This document shows, piece by piece, positions 19,590-29,063 of a stretch of DNA of 64,000 nt (its first letter is position 1; every line of letters begins with the position of its first letter). Under the pieces are notes generated by a model, which did not search any database, was not told where the DNA came from, and worked only from the letters and a program-made list of their open reading frames with translations. The translations under genes and the position numbers were made by a program. The stretch is from Candidatus Curtissbacteria bacterium RIFCSPLOWO2_02_41_11 (GTDB lineage Bacteria > Patescibacteriota > Microgenomatia > Curtissbacterales > GWA2-41-24), in the NCBI GenBank assembly GCA_001775055.1, contig MFBU01000014.1, positions 120,535 through 184,534 of the forward strand, written 5' to 3'.

Positions 19590-20986
19590 CGAATAACGAT
19601 ATACCTTTAAACCAGTTAACTGCGATTAGTCCCCTAGACGGGCGCTACCGTGACAAAACTAAGGAGCTTGCCGAATATGTTTCTGAGTACGCTTTAATTT
19701 CTACCAGATTTGAAATAGAGGCTAAATATTTGGTTGCTCTTTCAGATATTAAAGTTATCAGAAATTTAACCGCCAAAGAGAAAACAAAACTCAACTTGCT
19801 TGGTTCAAAGATTACCTTAGCTGATGCCGTGATGGTTAAGAAAATTGAGGAGGAAACCAGACACGATGTCAAAGCGCTGGAGCGGGCATTTCGCCAAATG
19901 GTTAAAGGCACAAGTCTAGCGGATATTACGGAAATGATTCACTTTGGGTTAACTTCCGAGGATGTTAACAATCTTGCTTATCGTCTGATGTTAAGAAGAG
20001 CAACTGATAATGTTTGTGTTCTGATTTTAGATGAATTGATCGATCAGCTCACAGAGCGGGCACAAAAATATCTCTCCATCCCAATGCTGGCACGGACTCA
20101 TGGGCAAGCGGCTGTACCAACAACCGTCGGTAAAGAACTGGCTGTTTTTGCCACAAGGTTAAATTGGCAAGTTTTAAAACTTAAAGAATATCAACTTACG
20201 GGAAAATTAACCGGTGCGGTTGGTAATTTTAACGCCCTACAACTTACTCACTCTACTGTTGATTGGCTGAAATTTTCACAAGAGTTCATCAAGCAGTTTA
20301 GTTTTAAGCCAAATTTGGTTACCACTCAAATAAACCCCTATGAGGATATAATTGAATTTTTTCAAATTTACACGCGAATTAATAGTATTATCATTGATTT
20401 TGCTCAAGATATCTGGCGCTATATTAGTGACGATTGGTTTGTCCAGGAGGTTAAAAAAGGAGAAATCGGTTCATCAACCATGCCTCAAAAAGTAAATCCG
20501 ATTGATTTTGAAAACGCTGAGGGTAATCTGACTTTAGCCAACGGAATTTTGGAAACTCTTTGTCGAAAGCTGGCTATTTCCCGTTTGCAGCGAGATCTAA
20601 CAGATAGCACTACTATTCGCAATATTGGTTCTGCCTTAGGTTACTCGCTTATCGGTTATAAAAGTATTTTAAGTGGCCTTGCCAGAATCCGCCCGAATGT
20701 CGAAAAACTTGAGAAAGATTTAAATCGCGATTGGTCAATTCTCGCAGAGGCTGTCCAAACTCTACTTCGAAAAGCCAAAGTATCTGATCCTTACTCACTT
20801 ATTTCCTCATTAACCCGCGGTGAACATATCAACGAAGAGAAGTGGCAAAAATGGATCAGGAGTTTGCCAATTAAAAACGACCTCAAAAGTACTCTTGCCA
20901 AACTAATGCCCTCGACTTATATTGGACTTGCCGAAGAAATTACCAAAAGAGCTGCCAAAGAAATTAAAGCATCAAGACATAAATGA
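19586..20986 (+). CDS. purB: Adenylosuccinate lyase
   Basis: AISPLDGRY, HDVKA, HFGLTSEDVNN, RTHGQ, GSSTMPQKVNPIDFENAEGN. Confidence 0.97.
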   Translation: MTNNDIPLNQLTAISPLDGRYRDKTKELAEYVSEYALISTRFEIEAKYLVALSDIKVIRNLTAKEKTKLNLLGSKITLADAVMVKKIEEETRHDVKALERAFRQMVKGTSLADITEMIHFGLTSEDVNNLAYRLMLRRATDNVCVLILDELIDQLTERAQKYLSIPMLARTHGQAAVPTTVGKELAVFATRLNWQVLKLKEYQLTGKLTGAVGNFNALQLTHSTVDWLKFSQEFIKQFSFKPNLVTTQINPYEDIIEFFQIYTRINSIIIDFAQDIWRYISDDWFVQEVKKGEIGSSTMPQKVNPIDFENAEGNLTLANGILETLCRKLAISRLQRDLTDSTTIRNIGSALGYSLIGYKSILSGLARIRPNVEKLEKDLNRDWSILAEAVQTLLRKAKVSDPYSLISSLTRGEHINEEKWQKWIRSLPIKNDLKSTLAKLMPSTYIGLAEEITKRAAKEIKASRHK

Positions 20987-21510
20987 CAAAACCGCAAGTT
21001 GGCATTATCATGGGCTCTGATTCGGATCTGCCAGTGATGACCGAGGCCACTAAAATCTTGGACGAGTTGGGGATAGAAAATGAAGTTTTGATTCTTTCCA
21101 CACACAGAGTGCCTGAGCAAACTGCCCGTTATGCCAGACAAGCTAAAGATCGCGGCCTCAAAGTTCTAATCGCCGGCGCCGGCGGAGCTGCAGCTTTACC
21201 TGGATCACTTGCCTCTCTTACCACGCTTCCCGTGATCGGTGTTCCAATCAAAACAAAATCAATGGAAGGGTTAGATTCGTTGCTTTCCATTGCCCAAATG
21301 CCACCCGGTGTTCCGGTTGCCACAGTTAGCGTCAATGGCGCCAAAAACGCTGGTATTTTGGCAGCTCAAATAATTGGAGTTTTCGATTCCGAAGTTGCTA
21401 AAAAAATTGCCGATTATAAAAAAAAACTAAAAAATGAAGTCTTGGCTAAAAATTTTCAATTACAAAAATTAGGTTGGCCTAAATATCTTAAACAGTTAAT
21501 GACTAAATGA
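20983..21510 (+). CDS. purE: N5-CAIR mutase (class I PurE)
   Basis: IIMGSDSD, S.HR.P, IAGAGGAA.LPG, GLDSLLSI.QMP.GVPVATV. Confidence 0.97.
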   Translation: MTKPQVGIIMGSDSDLPVMTEATKILDELGIENEVLILSTHRVPEQTARYARQAKDRGLKVLIAGAGGAAALPGSLASLTTLPVIGVPIKTKSMEGLDSLLSIAQMPPGVPVATVSVNGAKNAGILAAQIIGVFDSEVAKKIADYKKKLKNEVLAKNFQLQKLGWPKYLKQLMTK

Positions 21511-22478
21511 TTGATCAAAAAACCATTACCAAAAATATTTCATCCGCTATCGATAAAATAAACTATTCCAAACTCGGTAAAAGGTATAGCGGAAAAGTGC
21601 GGGATTGGTACAAACAAGAGCATTTCAGAATTTTGATTGCCACAGATAGAATTTCCGCTTTTGATAGAGTTTTAGGACTTATTCCTTTCAGGGGTGCAGT
21701 CTTAAATAAACTTTCCCAATTTTGGTTTGAAAAAACGCGCGATATTGTTCCCAACCACATGATCGGGGTGATTGATCCAAATATCATGCTGGTGACCGAA
21801 TGCCAAGCCTTGCCCGTTGAGGTGGTAGTTCGTGGCTATATTACCGGTGTAACCAGCACCTCACTTTGGAGAAAGTACTCGGAAGGGGAACGCGTCATTT
21901 ACGGAATTAAATTCCCCGAAGGTTTAGTTAAAAATCAAAAGCTTAAGAATCCGCTAATTACGCCAACTACCCGTGGAACCGGTCCTAGCGGTCATGATGA
22001 GCCGATAACCGCTGCGGAAATTATTAAGAAAAAATTAGTGCCTTCCTCACTCTGGAAGCAGATCGAAAAAGTTGCCTACAAACTTTTTGAAAGAGGCAGT
22101 CAAATTTGTCAAAAAGCCGGTTTTATTTTAGCCGATACCAAGTACGAGTTCGGTTTAGATAAAAAAGGCCGCTTGACACTTATCGATGAAATTCACACTC
22201 CGGACTCAAGCCGGCTCTGGGTCAAAAAGACCTATCCTGCGCGTTTCAAAACAGGGGAAGAGGTTGAAAATTATGATAAGGAGTTTATGCGACTTTGGTT
22301 TGCCCAGCAGGGTTATATGGGAAGCGGTAAGCCACCCCAAATGCCTAGTGATTTAATTGTTAAAATAGCCCAGCGCTATATTGATGCATGCGAAAATATA
22401 ACAGGCGAAAAATTCGTCATTGATCTAACAATTCCTCCCAAACAAAGAATTTTAGAAAGTCTCTCAAAATTGATATAA
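21507..22478 (+). CDS. purC: SAICAR synthetase
   Basis: SGKVRD, TDRISAFD, EVVVRGY, DTKYEFG, DEIHTPDSSR. Confidence 0.97.
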   Translation: MIDQKTITKNISSAIDKINYSKLGKRYSGKVRDWYKQEHFRILIATDRISAFDRVLGLIPFRGAVLNKLSQFWFEKTRDIVPNHMIGVIDPNIMLVTECQALPVEVVVRGYITGVTSTSLWRKYSEGERVIYGIKFPEGLVKNQKLKNPLITPTTRGTGPSGHDEPITAAEIIKKKLVPSSLWKQIEKVAYKLFERGSQICQKAGFILADTKYEFGLDKKGRLTLIDEIHTPDSSRLWVKKTYPARFKTGEEVENYDKEFMRLWFAQQGYMGSGKPPQMPSDLIVKIAQRYIDACENITGEKFVIDLTIPPKQRILESLSKLI

Positions 22479-22484
22479 TGCCTC

Positions 22485-24026
22485 ATGGTTGCAGTCATTA
22501 ACTTCGGTGGGCAGTACGCTCATCTTATTGCCAGAAGAATTAGGGAACTTGGCGTAAAAAGTGAACTGATTAGTCCCGATAGTAATATTTCTACTGTAAA
22601 AAAATTAGCCCCTCAAGCTCTAATTTTATCTGGGAGTCCTTTCTCCTGCTATGAAAAAAATGCCCCAAAGGTAGATCTTAAAATCTATGAGCTTGGTCTG
22701 CCGATACTTGGTATTTGCTATGGTCAGCAATTGATGGCCGTACAACTTGGTGGTCAAGTTTCGTCCCATTCCTCAAAACAATTTGGCAGGGAACTTCTGA
22801 AAATTACAACGTCGGCCCTATTTGAGAATCTTAAAAGTTCGCAAACGGTTTGGTTCTCTCATGGCGATCAAGTCGACAGACTTCCCACAGGTTTTAAAAT
22901 AATTGCTTCAAGTAAAAATGCCAAGATTGCCGGCATGGAAGATTCACAAAGGCGATTTTATGGAATCCAATTTCATCCTGAGGTAACCCATACACCGAAT
23001 GGTGAGGTAATCCTATCGAACTTTCTTTTTAAAATTGCCAAGGCCAAAAAAGATTGGAATCTAAAATCTCTCAAGGAAGACATAGTTAATAACTTAATAA
23101 AGAAAATTAAAAATCAAAAAGTAGTGATGGCTCTGTCCGGCGGAGTTGATTCATTGGTTGCCGCTACCTTGTTGAAGGAAGCAATCGGCGATAATTTGTT
23201 TTTAGTTTTTATCGATACTGGGCTACTTCGCAAATATGATCTTGAAGATCTGGAAAATGTTGTTAAAAGTGTCAATTTCAAAAACCTGCCTGCCGGCAGG
23301 CAGGGATTCAGAATAGTTAACTCGCAAAGTCGTTTTCTTAAAATTCTCCAACGCGTCAATGATCCTGAAGAAAAACGAAAAGTTATTGCCAAACTTTATT
23401 TTGCGATCCTAGAGGAAGAGGCCAAAAAAATCGGCAATGTGACTTTTTTGGCCCAAGGCACAATTTATCCAGATCGAATCGAATCAGCAAAGCCTTCCAA
23501 ACATGCCGACAAAATCAAAAGCCATCACAATGTTACCTTGCCGAAAGGTCTTAAATTAAAAATAATTGAGCCTTTGGGGGAATTTTACAAAGACGAGGTC
23601 AGAAAATTGGGTAAAATCTTAAGAATTCCACAAGAATTCTTAAACCGCCATCCGTTTCCAGGACCTGGCCTAGCGATTAGGATTTTAGGAGAAGTGACTG
23701 AAGATCGACTCAAGATTCTAAGGGAGGCTGATGCTATCTTTATTGAGGAGTTAAAGAAAGCAGGTATATATAATAAGGTAGGACAAGCATTGGCTGCGCT
23801 TTTACCTGTTAAATCGGTTGGCGTAATGGGTGACGCACGTACTTATTCATATATCATCGCTTTAAGATCGGTAGATACTGTCGATTTTATGACCGCCGAC
23901 TGGTCAAAAATTCCAAGCGATGTCATGGAGAAAGTCTCATCACGAATTGTCAATGAAGTACGAGGAGTCAACCGTGTCGTCTACGATATCACTCAAAAAC
24001 CTCCGGCCACCATTGAATATGAGTAA
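22485..24026 (+). CDS. guaA: GMP synthase (glutamine-hydrolysing)
   Basis: LGICYG, QFHPEV, SGGVDS, IKSHHNV, RHPFPGPGLAIR, KPPATIEYE. Confidence 0.98.
   Translation: MVAVINFGGQYAHLIARRIRELGVKSELISPDSNISTVKKLAPQALILSGSPFSCYEKNAPKVDLKIYELGLPILGICYGQQLMAVQLGGQVSSHSSKQFGRELLKITTSALFENLKSSQTVWFSHGDQVDRLPTGFKIIASSKNAKIAGMEDSQRRFYGIQFHPEVTHTPNGEVILSNFLFKIAKAKKDWNLKSLKEDIVNNLIKKIKNQKVVMALSGGVDSLVAATLLKEAIGDNLFLVFIDTGLLRKYDLEDLENVVKSVNFKNLPAGRQGFRIVNSQSRFLKILQRVNDPEEKRKVIAKLYFAILEEEAKKIGNVTFLAQGTIYPDRIESAKPSKHADKIKSHHNVTLPKGLKLKIIEPLGEFYKDEVRKLGKILRIPQEFLNRHPFPGPGLAIRILGEVTEDRLKILREADAIFIEELKKAGIYNKVGQALAALLPVKSVGVMGDARTYSYIIALRSVDTVDFMTADWSKIPSDVMEKVSSRIVNEVRGVNRVVYDITQKPPATIEYE
23285..23304. repeat. 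Perfect 20-bp palindrome CCTGCCTGCCGGCAGGCAGG inside guaA
   Basis: Read directly; encodes LPAGRQ. Confidence 0.95.
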
Positions 24027-24570
24027 GCTGAAGCTTTCAGATCTAGTTGTGGTCACTACCAATAAGGATAAGCTTGCCGAAATTAATGAAATCTTAGGAA
24101 CCAATCACAAAGTTTCCAAAAACGATATTACCGAGATTCAGTCATTGGATCTTGATGAGGTGATTGCCGATAAAGCCAAAAAAGCTTATCAGATTGTTAA
24201 AAAGCCGGTTTTGGTGGAAGATGTAAGTCTGGAAATTAAATCACTTAGCGGATTGCCCGGGCCATTGGTTAAGTTTTTTCTCAAGACTCTTGGTACCGAA
24301 GGAACCGTCAGACTAGTTAAAGGCAAAGATACGACTACTCGCGCGATCTGTGCCTTGGCTATTTATGATGGTAAAATCCTTAAAATTTTTAGAGGTTTCT
24401 CTTATGGAACATTATCAGAAGAAAACAGAGGAAGTTTTGGTTTTGGTTTTGACAAAGTCTTTATTCCCAAAGGTTACACTCAAACTTTTGCCCAAATGCC
24501 GCCATCTTTAAAAAATCAAATTTCCCACCGTGCCAAAGCCTTAATGCAAGTCAAAAAGTATCTTGGCTGA
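24019..24570 (+). CDS. rdgB: Non-canonical purine NTP pyrophosphatase (RdgB/HAM1)
   Basis: TTNKDKL.E, VED.SL...L.GLPGP, FGFD.VF, KNQISHRAKAL; ATG at 24019 overlaps the guaA stop. Confidence 0.9.
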   Translation: MSKLKLSDLVVVTTNKDKLAEINEILGTNHKVSKNDITEIQSLDLDEVIADKAKKAYQIVKKPVLVEDVSLEIKSLSGLPGPLVKFFLKTLGTEGTVRLVKGKDTTTRAICALAIYDGKILKIFRGFSYGTLSEENRGSFGFGFDKVFIPKGYTQTFAQMPPSLKNQISHRAKALMQVKKYLG

Positions 24571-24629
24571 TCGAATTTCTTTTAGACATTTGACAGCAGA
24601 TAACAAGTGTTTTATTCTTAAGCACAAAA

Positions 24630-25784
24630 GTGATCAAAAAACTTCTTTTTATTGCCATAGTTATTTTAGTGCCTCTTTTGATAGTTGGCTCGGTTTTTGC
24701 CAAGGAAGTCAAAGATCAAAATAAAAACATAGTTCTTCCAAAAGACGAAATTGTCAATAAAGATTATTTTGCAGCAGGCGAGACTGTCACCCTTGCCGGC
24801 ACGATCAATGGCGATGCCTATTTGGCCGGTGGTACCGTCAATATTGAAGGACGAGTAAACGGTGATCTGATTGCTGTTGGTGGCATAGTCAATGTTCGAG
24901 GCAAGGTAGAAAATGACGTCCGAATTGGTGCCGGCCAAATTATCATCTCCGGTGAAATCGGTGGCAATGCTACAACTGGTGCCGGATCGGTCAGTATTAC
25001 TGATTCAGCCAAAGTTAACGGAAGTTTAGTATCAGGTTCTGGCAATCTTTCTATATTTGCTCCAATTGGCAAAGGGCTGACCATTGGTGCCGGCAACTCT
25101 ACCATCGGCAGCGAAGTTACAGGTGATATTACAGCAGGTGTTGGTCAACTAACCTTCACTCCCAATGCTAAAGTTTCGGGAAATGTAACCTATTGGAGTG
25201 ATGTCGACGCACAGATTCAACCCGGGGCTCAAATCTTAGGTAAGATCGTGCATAACTTTCCCCCAAAACCAGACAAAGAAAAAGCTGCCAAAGCCATGGG
25301 TACTTTTGCCTTGGCAGTTAAGGTTATTAGCTTTATTTCTGCCTTAATTATCGGTTTTCTACTGATAAAGTTTTTGCCCATCTTTACCCAAAGAACGGCA
25401 AACACTATTTCCAAGAATGCCCTAAAAAGTCTTGGTATGGGAATTTTAGCTCTGATTTTGACCCCAATTATCGCCGTGATTTTACTAGTTACTATAGTTG
25501 GTATACCTCTCGCTTTTATACTATTAGTAGCTTTTGCAATCGAACTTTATCTTGCCAAAATTTTTGTCTCTCTGGTGATTGGCCAAAAAATCTTAAAATT
25601 CTTAGGCCAGAAAGCAGGTAATGGCTGGTCGCTTGTCTTAGGTTTGATAGTTTTCATGATTGTCACAATGGTTCCAATAATTGGATGGATAGTGGCACTA
25701 ATTGTCTTACTTCTTGGTTTAGGAGCAATAGTTCTCCAAAAGAGAGAAACCTTTCTTCAGATAAGTAACAAAAAGCTTATTTAA
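24630..25784 (+). CDS. Bactofilin-like beta-helix repeat membrane protein
   Basis: Signal peptide, repeated G.V.I.G.V.GD units, five C-terminal TM helices. Confidence 0.7.
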   Translation: MIKKLLFIAIVILVPLLIVGSVFAKEVKDQNKNIVLPKDEIVNKDYFAAGETVTLAGTINGDAYLAGGTVNIEGRVNGDLIAVGGIVNVRGKVENDVRIGAGQIIISGEIGGNATTGAGSVSITDSAKVNGSLVSGSGNLSIFAPIGKGLTIGAGNSTIGSEVTGDITAGVGQLTFTPNAKVSGNVTYWSDVDAQIQPGAQILGKIVHNFPPKPDKEKAAKAMGTFALAVKVISFISALIIGFLLIKFLPIFTQRTANTISKNALKSLGMGILALILTPIIAVILLVTIVGIPLAFILLVAFAIELYLAKIFVSLVIGQKILKFLGQKAGNGWSLVLGLIVFMIVTMVPIIGWIVALIVLLLGLGAIVLQKRETFLQISNKKLI

Positions 25785-26446
25785 TACTTCGATATTGACC
25801 GCAGATGTCTCAATGATAAATCAGTTAGTGAATCTAAGATTAAATCTGCTTTTGTCAGATCTTGCTTTGGGGTGTGGGAATTTTTAACAGCAATACAAAA
25901 ACAACCGGCAGCTTTTGCAGCAGCAATTCCATTGGTGGCATCCTCAAGAACCACGGCTTGAGACGGCCTAATACCTAATTTCTTTACTGCGATAAGATAA
26001 GTTTCAGGGTCCGGCTTTCCGCGTTTAACGTCATCACCAGAAACAATCACATCAAAATAGTCTGCAACTTTAAGTTTTTCCAAAACGATGTTTATGTATT
26101 TTTTCGTACCGGAGCTTGCCAATGCAATTTTAAATTTATTTTGCCTGAATAATTTTAGAGATTGAAAAAGTCCGGGCATTACTTGTAATTTTTTCCTTAC
26201 TAACTCAAGAAATATCGCTGAGCGCTTCTCCCTCAAATCTTCAAGATTAACGCCCAATTGGAAATAATCAATAAGATTCTTTAAAATGTCCGAAACTCTC
26301 ATCCCGATAAATTTTGCCCTAATATGCTCGGGCAATTTTTTTTGACTGACCCCATATTTTTGAAGAACTTTATCAGAGGCTTCCGTGTGTAGCGGATTGG
26401 AATTGACCATCAAATCATCTAAGTCATAAATAATTGCTTTAATCAT
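25781..26446 (-). CDS. HAD family phosphatase (beta-PGM/CbbY-like)
   Basis: IYDLDDLMV, LASS, GKPDPE.Y, LEDA.NGI.AAKAAG. Confidence 0.9.
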   Translation of the reverse strand: MIKAIIYDLDDLMVNSNPLHTEASDKVLQKYGVSQKKLPEHIRAKFIGMRVSDILKNLIDYFQLGVNLEDLREKRSAIFLELVRKKLQVMPGLFQSLKLFRQNKFKIALASSGTKKYINIVLEKLKVADYFDVIVSGDDVKRGKPDPETYLIAVKKLGIRPSQAVVLEDATNGIAAAKAAGCFCIAVKNSHTPKQDLTKADLILDSLTDLSLRHLRSISKY

Positions 26447-26502
26447 GCATATATTTTAGCAACTTATGGGTTAGAAAGGTTGATATAATCAAATAAGTTT
26501 AT

Positions 26503-27276
26503 GTGAAACGTTTATCTCTGATTTTTGCGGTATTAGCAGTTCTTTTAATTGGCGCCGGCTTAGGGTTTTTCATATCTCAAACCTCAAAGTCCAATCCAGA
26601 CCAGTCAGGACAAAATCAATCGGTGAGTCGGATTGAAGGCGAAAAGACAGGTCAACAATTACCGTCACCAACTATTTTAGCGGGACAAAGAATCAAAGTA
26701 ATAAGAATTATTGACGGTGATACTATTGAAATTGAAGGCGGCCAAAAAGTCCGCTACATTGGTATTGATGCTCCTGAAACTGTCCATCCCGATATGAAAG
26801 TACAATGTTTTGGAAAAGAGGCAGCAGTCAAAAATAAAGAATTGATCGAAGGCAAAATTATCGAGCTTGAAAAAGATGTCTCAGAAACTGATAAGTATGG
26901 AAGGCTATTGAGATATATCTATAGTGATAATATTTTTGTCAATGACTTTCTGGTAAGACAAGGTTTTGCTCATGCCTCAACTTATCCGCCGGATGTTAAA
27001 TACCAAGATCAGTTTCGTCAGGCCGAACAAGAAGCCCAAGAATTTAATCGCGGACTTTGGGGAGTTTGTCAGTCAACTTCCTCTCAACCCTCTTCATCCT
27101 CTCAACCATCTGATTGTTTAATCAAAGGCAACATTTCATCATCCGGCGAAAAAATTTACCACATGCCCGGCCAGAGGTATTATGACAAAACGGTCATTGA
27201 TGAGAATAAAGGCGAGCGCTGGTTTTGTTCTGAGGATGAAGCAGTCTTGGCCGGCTGGCGCAAATCAAAAATATAA
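26503..27276 (+). CDS. Membrane-anchored thermonuclease (SNase) with C-terminal IKGN...YH...WFC domain
   Basis: IDGDT, VRYIGIDAPE, DKYGRLLRY, RGLW; N-terminal TM. Confidence 0.9.
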   Translation: MKRLSLIFAVLAVLLIGAGLGFFISQTSKSNPDQSGQNQSVSRIEGEKTGQQLPSPTILAGQRIKVIRIIDGDTIEIEGGQKVRYIGIDAPETVHPDMKVQCFGKEAAVKNKELIEGKIIELEKDVSETDKYGRLLRYIYSDNIFVNDFLVRQGFAHASTYPPDVKYQDQFRQAEQEAQEFNRGLWGVCQSTSSQPSSSSQPSDCLIKGNISSSGEKIYHMPGQRYYDKTVIDENKGERWFCSEDEAVLAGWRKSKI

Positions 27277-27301
27277 AAGTTATAATAAGTAAGTACAAAA
27301 A

Positions 27302-28846
27302 ATGCTTGCCAAAGTCACTTCTGCCGCAGTTATCGGACTTGATGCAGTTCCCATTACTGTTGAGGTTGACATCGCAGCAATGGGTTTGCCCTCCTTTACT
27401 ATTGTTGGCCTTCCGGATAAAGCGGTTGAGGAATCAAAAGAAAGAGTCCGTGCTGCTCTTAAAAACTCCGGCGCCGATCTGCCGCCAAAGCGTATTACCG
27501 TCAATCTTGCTCCCGCAGATTTGCCCAAAGAAGGTCCAGCATATGACTTGCCGATCGCCTTGGGTATTTTAATGGCTTCAGAACAATTGACAGCTCGGGA
27601 TCTGTCCGATTCTATTTTCTTAGGAGAGCTTTCACTTGACGGATCAGTCCGCAGAATCTGGGGAGTTTTACCATGCGTACTTCTTGCCAGAGAGAAAAAA
27701 TTCATTAATTGTTTTATACCCAAAGAAAATATTGCTGAAGCGCAAGTTGTTGATAAAATTAATATTTTTCCGGTTGCAAACCTAAAACAACTCTTTAATC
27801 ATTATTCAACTTCTCACTTGCCGGAAATCAATCGAAAGCAAATCGTACCAGCAAAATTTCAAAAACAAAAATTTACAAATATACACGATAGCGAATATGA
27901 TTTTGAAAATATCCGGGGTCAGGAGTCTGCCAAAAGGGCCCTAGAGATTGCAGCTGCCGGCGGCCATAATGTTTTGATGAAAGGACCACCCGGTGCCGGT
28001 AAAACCTTAATGGCCAGATCCTTTGCCACCATTTTGCCAAAACTGACTTTCGAGGAAAGTCTGGAAGTAACCAAAATTTATTCGGTCGCAAACCTGCTGA
28101 ATCAGTCGAATCCAATAATATTATCAAGACCAATCCGTAGTCCCCATCATACGACCAGTAATATCGGTTTAATTGGTGGAGGAAATATTCCAAGGCCTGG
28201 CGAGATTTCCCTTGCCCATCGCGGGGTTCTTTTCTTGGATGAATTCCCAGAATTCCCCAGACACGTTCTTGAGGCTCTTCGCCAACCTATGGAAGATGGG
28301 CATGTAACTATTTCTCGAGCTGCGGGCTCTGTTAAATTTCCTTGTCGATTTACTTTAATTGCCGCTTCCAATCCTTGTCCCTGCGGATTTTTTGGCGATG
28401 AAACCAGAAATTGTACCTGTATGCCGCATATGATCACCCGCTATCAAAAAAGAATCTCCGGACCGATTTTAGACAGGATTGACATGCACATATCAGTCCC
28501 GGCTGTTAAAGTCGAAAAATTAACCGGCAAATTTCAGGCCGAGTCATCATCACAGATTCAAAAACGAGTTCAGAGAGCTCGCGACTTTCAGCTTAAAAGA
28601 TTCAAAGGTTTAAAAATTACCTCAAATTCCGAGATGAACAATAAACAATTAAAGCAATTCTGCAATCTCGATGATCAATCAATTCTCCTTTTAAAACAAG
28701 CAATCTCCAAACTCAATCTTTCTGCCAGAGCCTTTCACAGAGTAATTAAAATCGCCCGCACAATTGCAGACCTTGAAGGTTCCATCAAAATTCAATCCAA
28801 TCACGTCGCAGAGGCACTACAATACCGTCCTCAGGTCGATAGTTAG
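27302..28846 (+). CDS. comM: YifB/ComM family Mg-chelatase-like AAA ATPase
   Basis: VGLPD.AV.ES.ERV, NLAPADL.KEG, GPPGAGKT, RSPHH, AHRGVLFLDE, NPCPCG, LDRID, AEALQYR. Confidence 0.96.
   Translation: MLAKVTSAAVIGLDAVPITVEVDIAAMGLPSFTIVGLPDKAVEESKERVRAALKNSGADLPPKRITVNLAPADLPKEGPAYDLPIALGILMASEQLTARDLSDSIFLGELSLDGSVRRIWGVLPCVLLAREKKFINCFIPKENIAEAQVVDKINIFPVANLKQLFNHYSTSHLPEINRKQIVPAKFQKQKFTNIHDSEYDFENIRGQESAKRALEIAAAGGHNVLMKGPPGAGKTLMARSFATILPKLTFEESLEVTKIYSVANLLNQSNPIILSRPIRSPHHTTSNIGLIGGGNIPRPGEISLAHRGVLFLDEFPEFPRHVLEALRQPMEDGHVTISRAAGSVKFPCRFTLIAASNPCPCGFFGDETRNCTCMPHMITRYQKRISGPILDRIDMHISVPAVKVEKLTGKFQAESSSQIQKRVQRARDFQLKRFKGLKITSNSEMNNKQLKQFCNLDDQSILLLKQAISKLNLSARAFHRVIKIARTIADLEGSIKIQSNHVAEALQYRPQVDS
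28487..28771 (+). repeat. Direct repeat copy 1 (285 bp, within the comM 3' region)
   Basis: Base-by-base comparison shows identity to 32405-32689 (offset 3918). Confidence 0.95.
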
Positions 28847-29063
28847 AAACATTAATTTGTAATATCGCACAACTTATTGCCTATTTTTAAGATAAATTTG
28901 ACCTTGATAGCACTCCTTGATATGCTTAGCTTCGTAATTAGCAGGCTAATTAATATGTCTGCTTAACTTTGAAAATATTTTTGATTATGTCAAATTTGAA
29001 TTTACTTCTTATTTAAGCAGGTTTATTTCTTCAGTATTACTGCATATTTACTAAAATTAGAAT

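Noticed and set aside
23920-24018. N-terminal extension of the RdgB ORF in the track
   Set aside because: It overlaps guaA out of frame; the coupled ATG at 24019 is the better start. Similar trimming was applied to the ORFs ending at 45955, 55922 and 59515.
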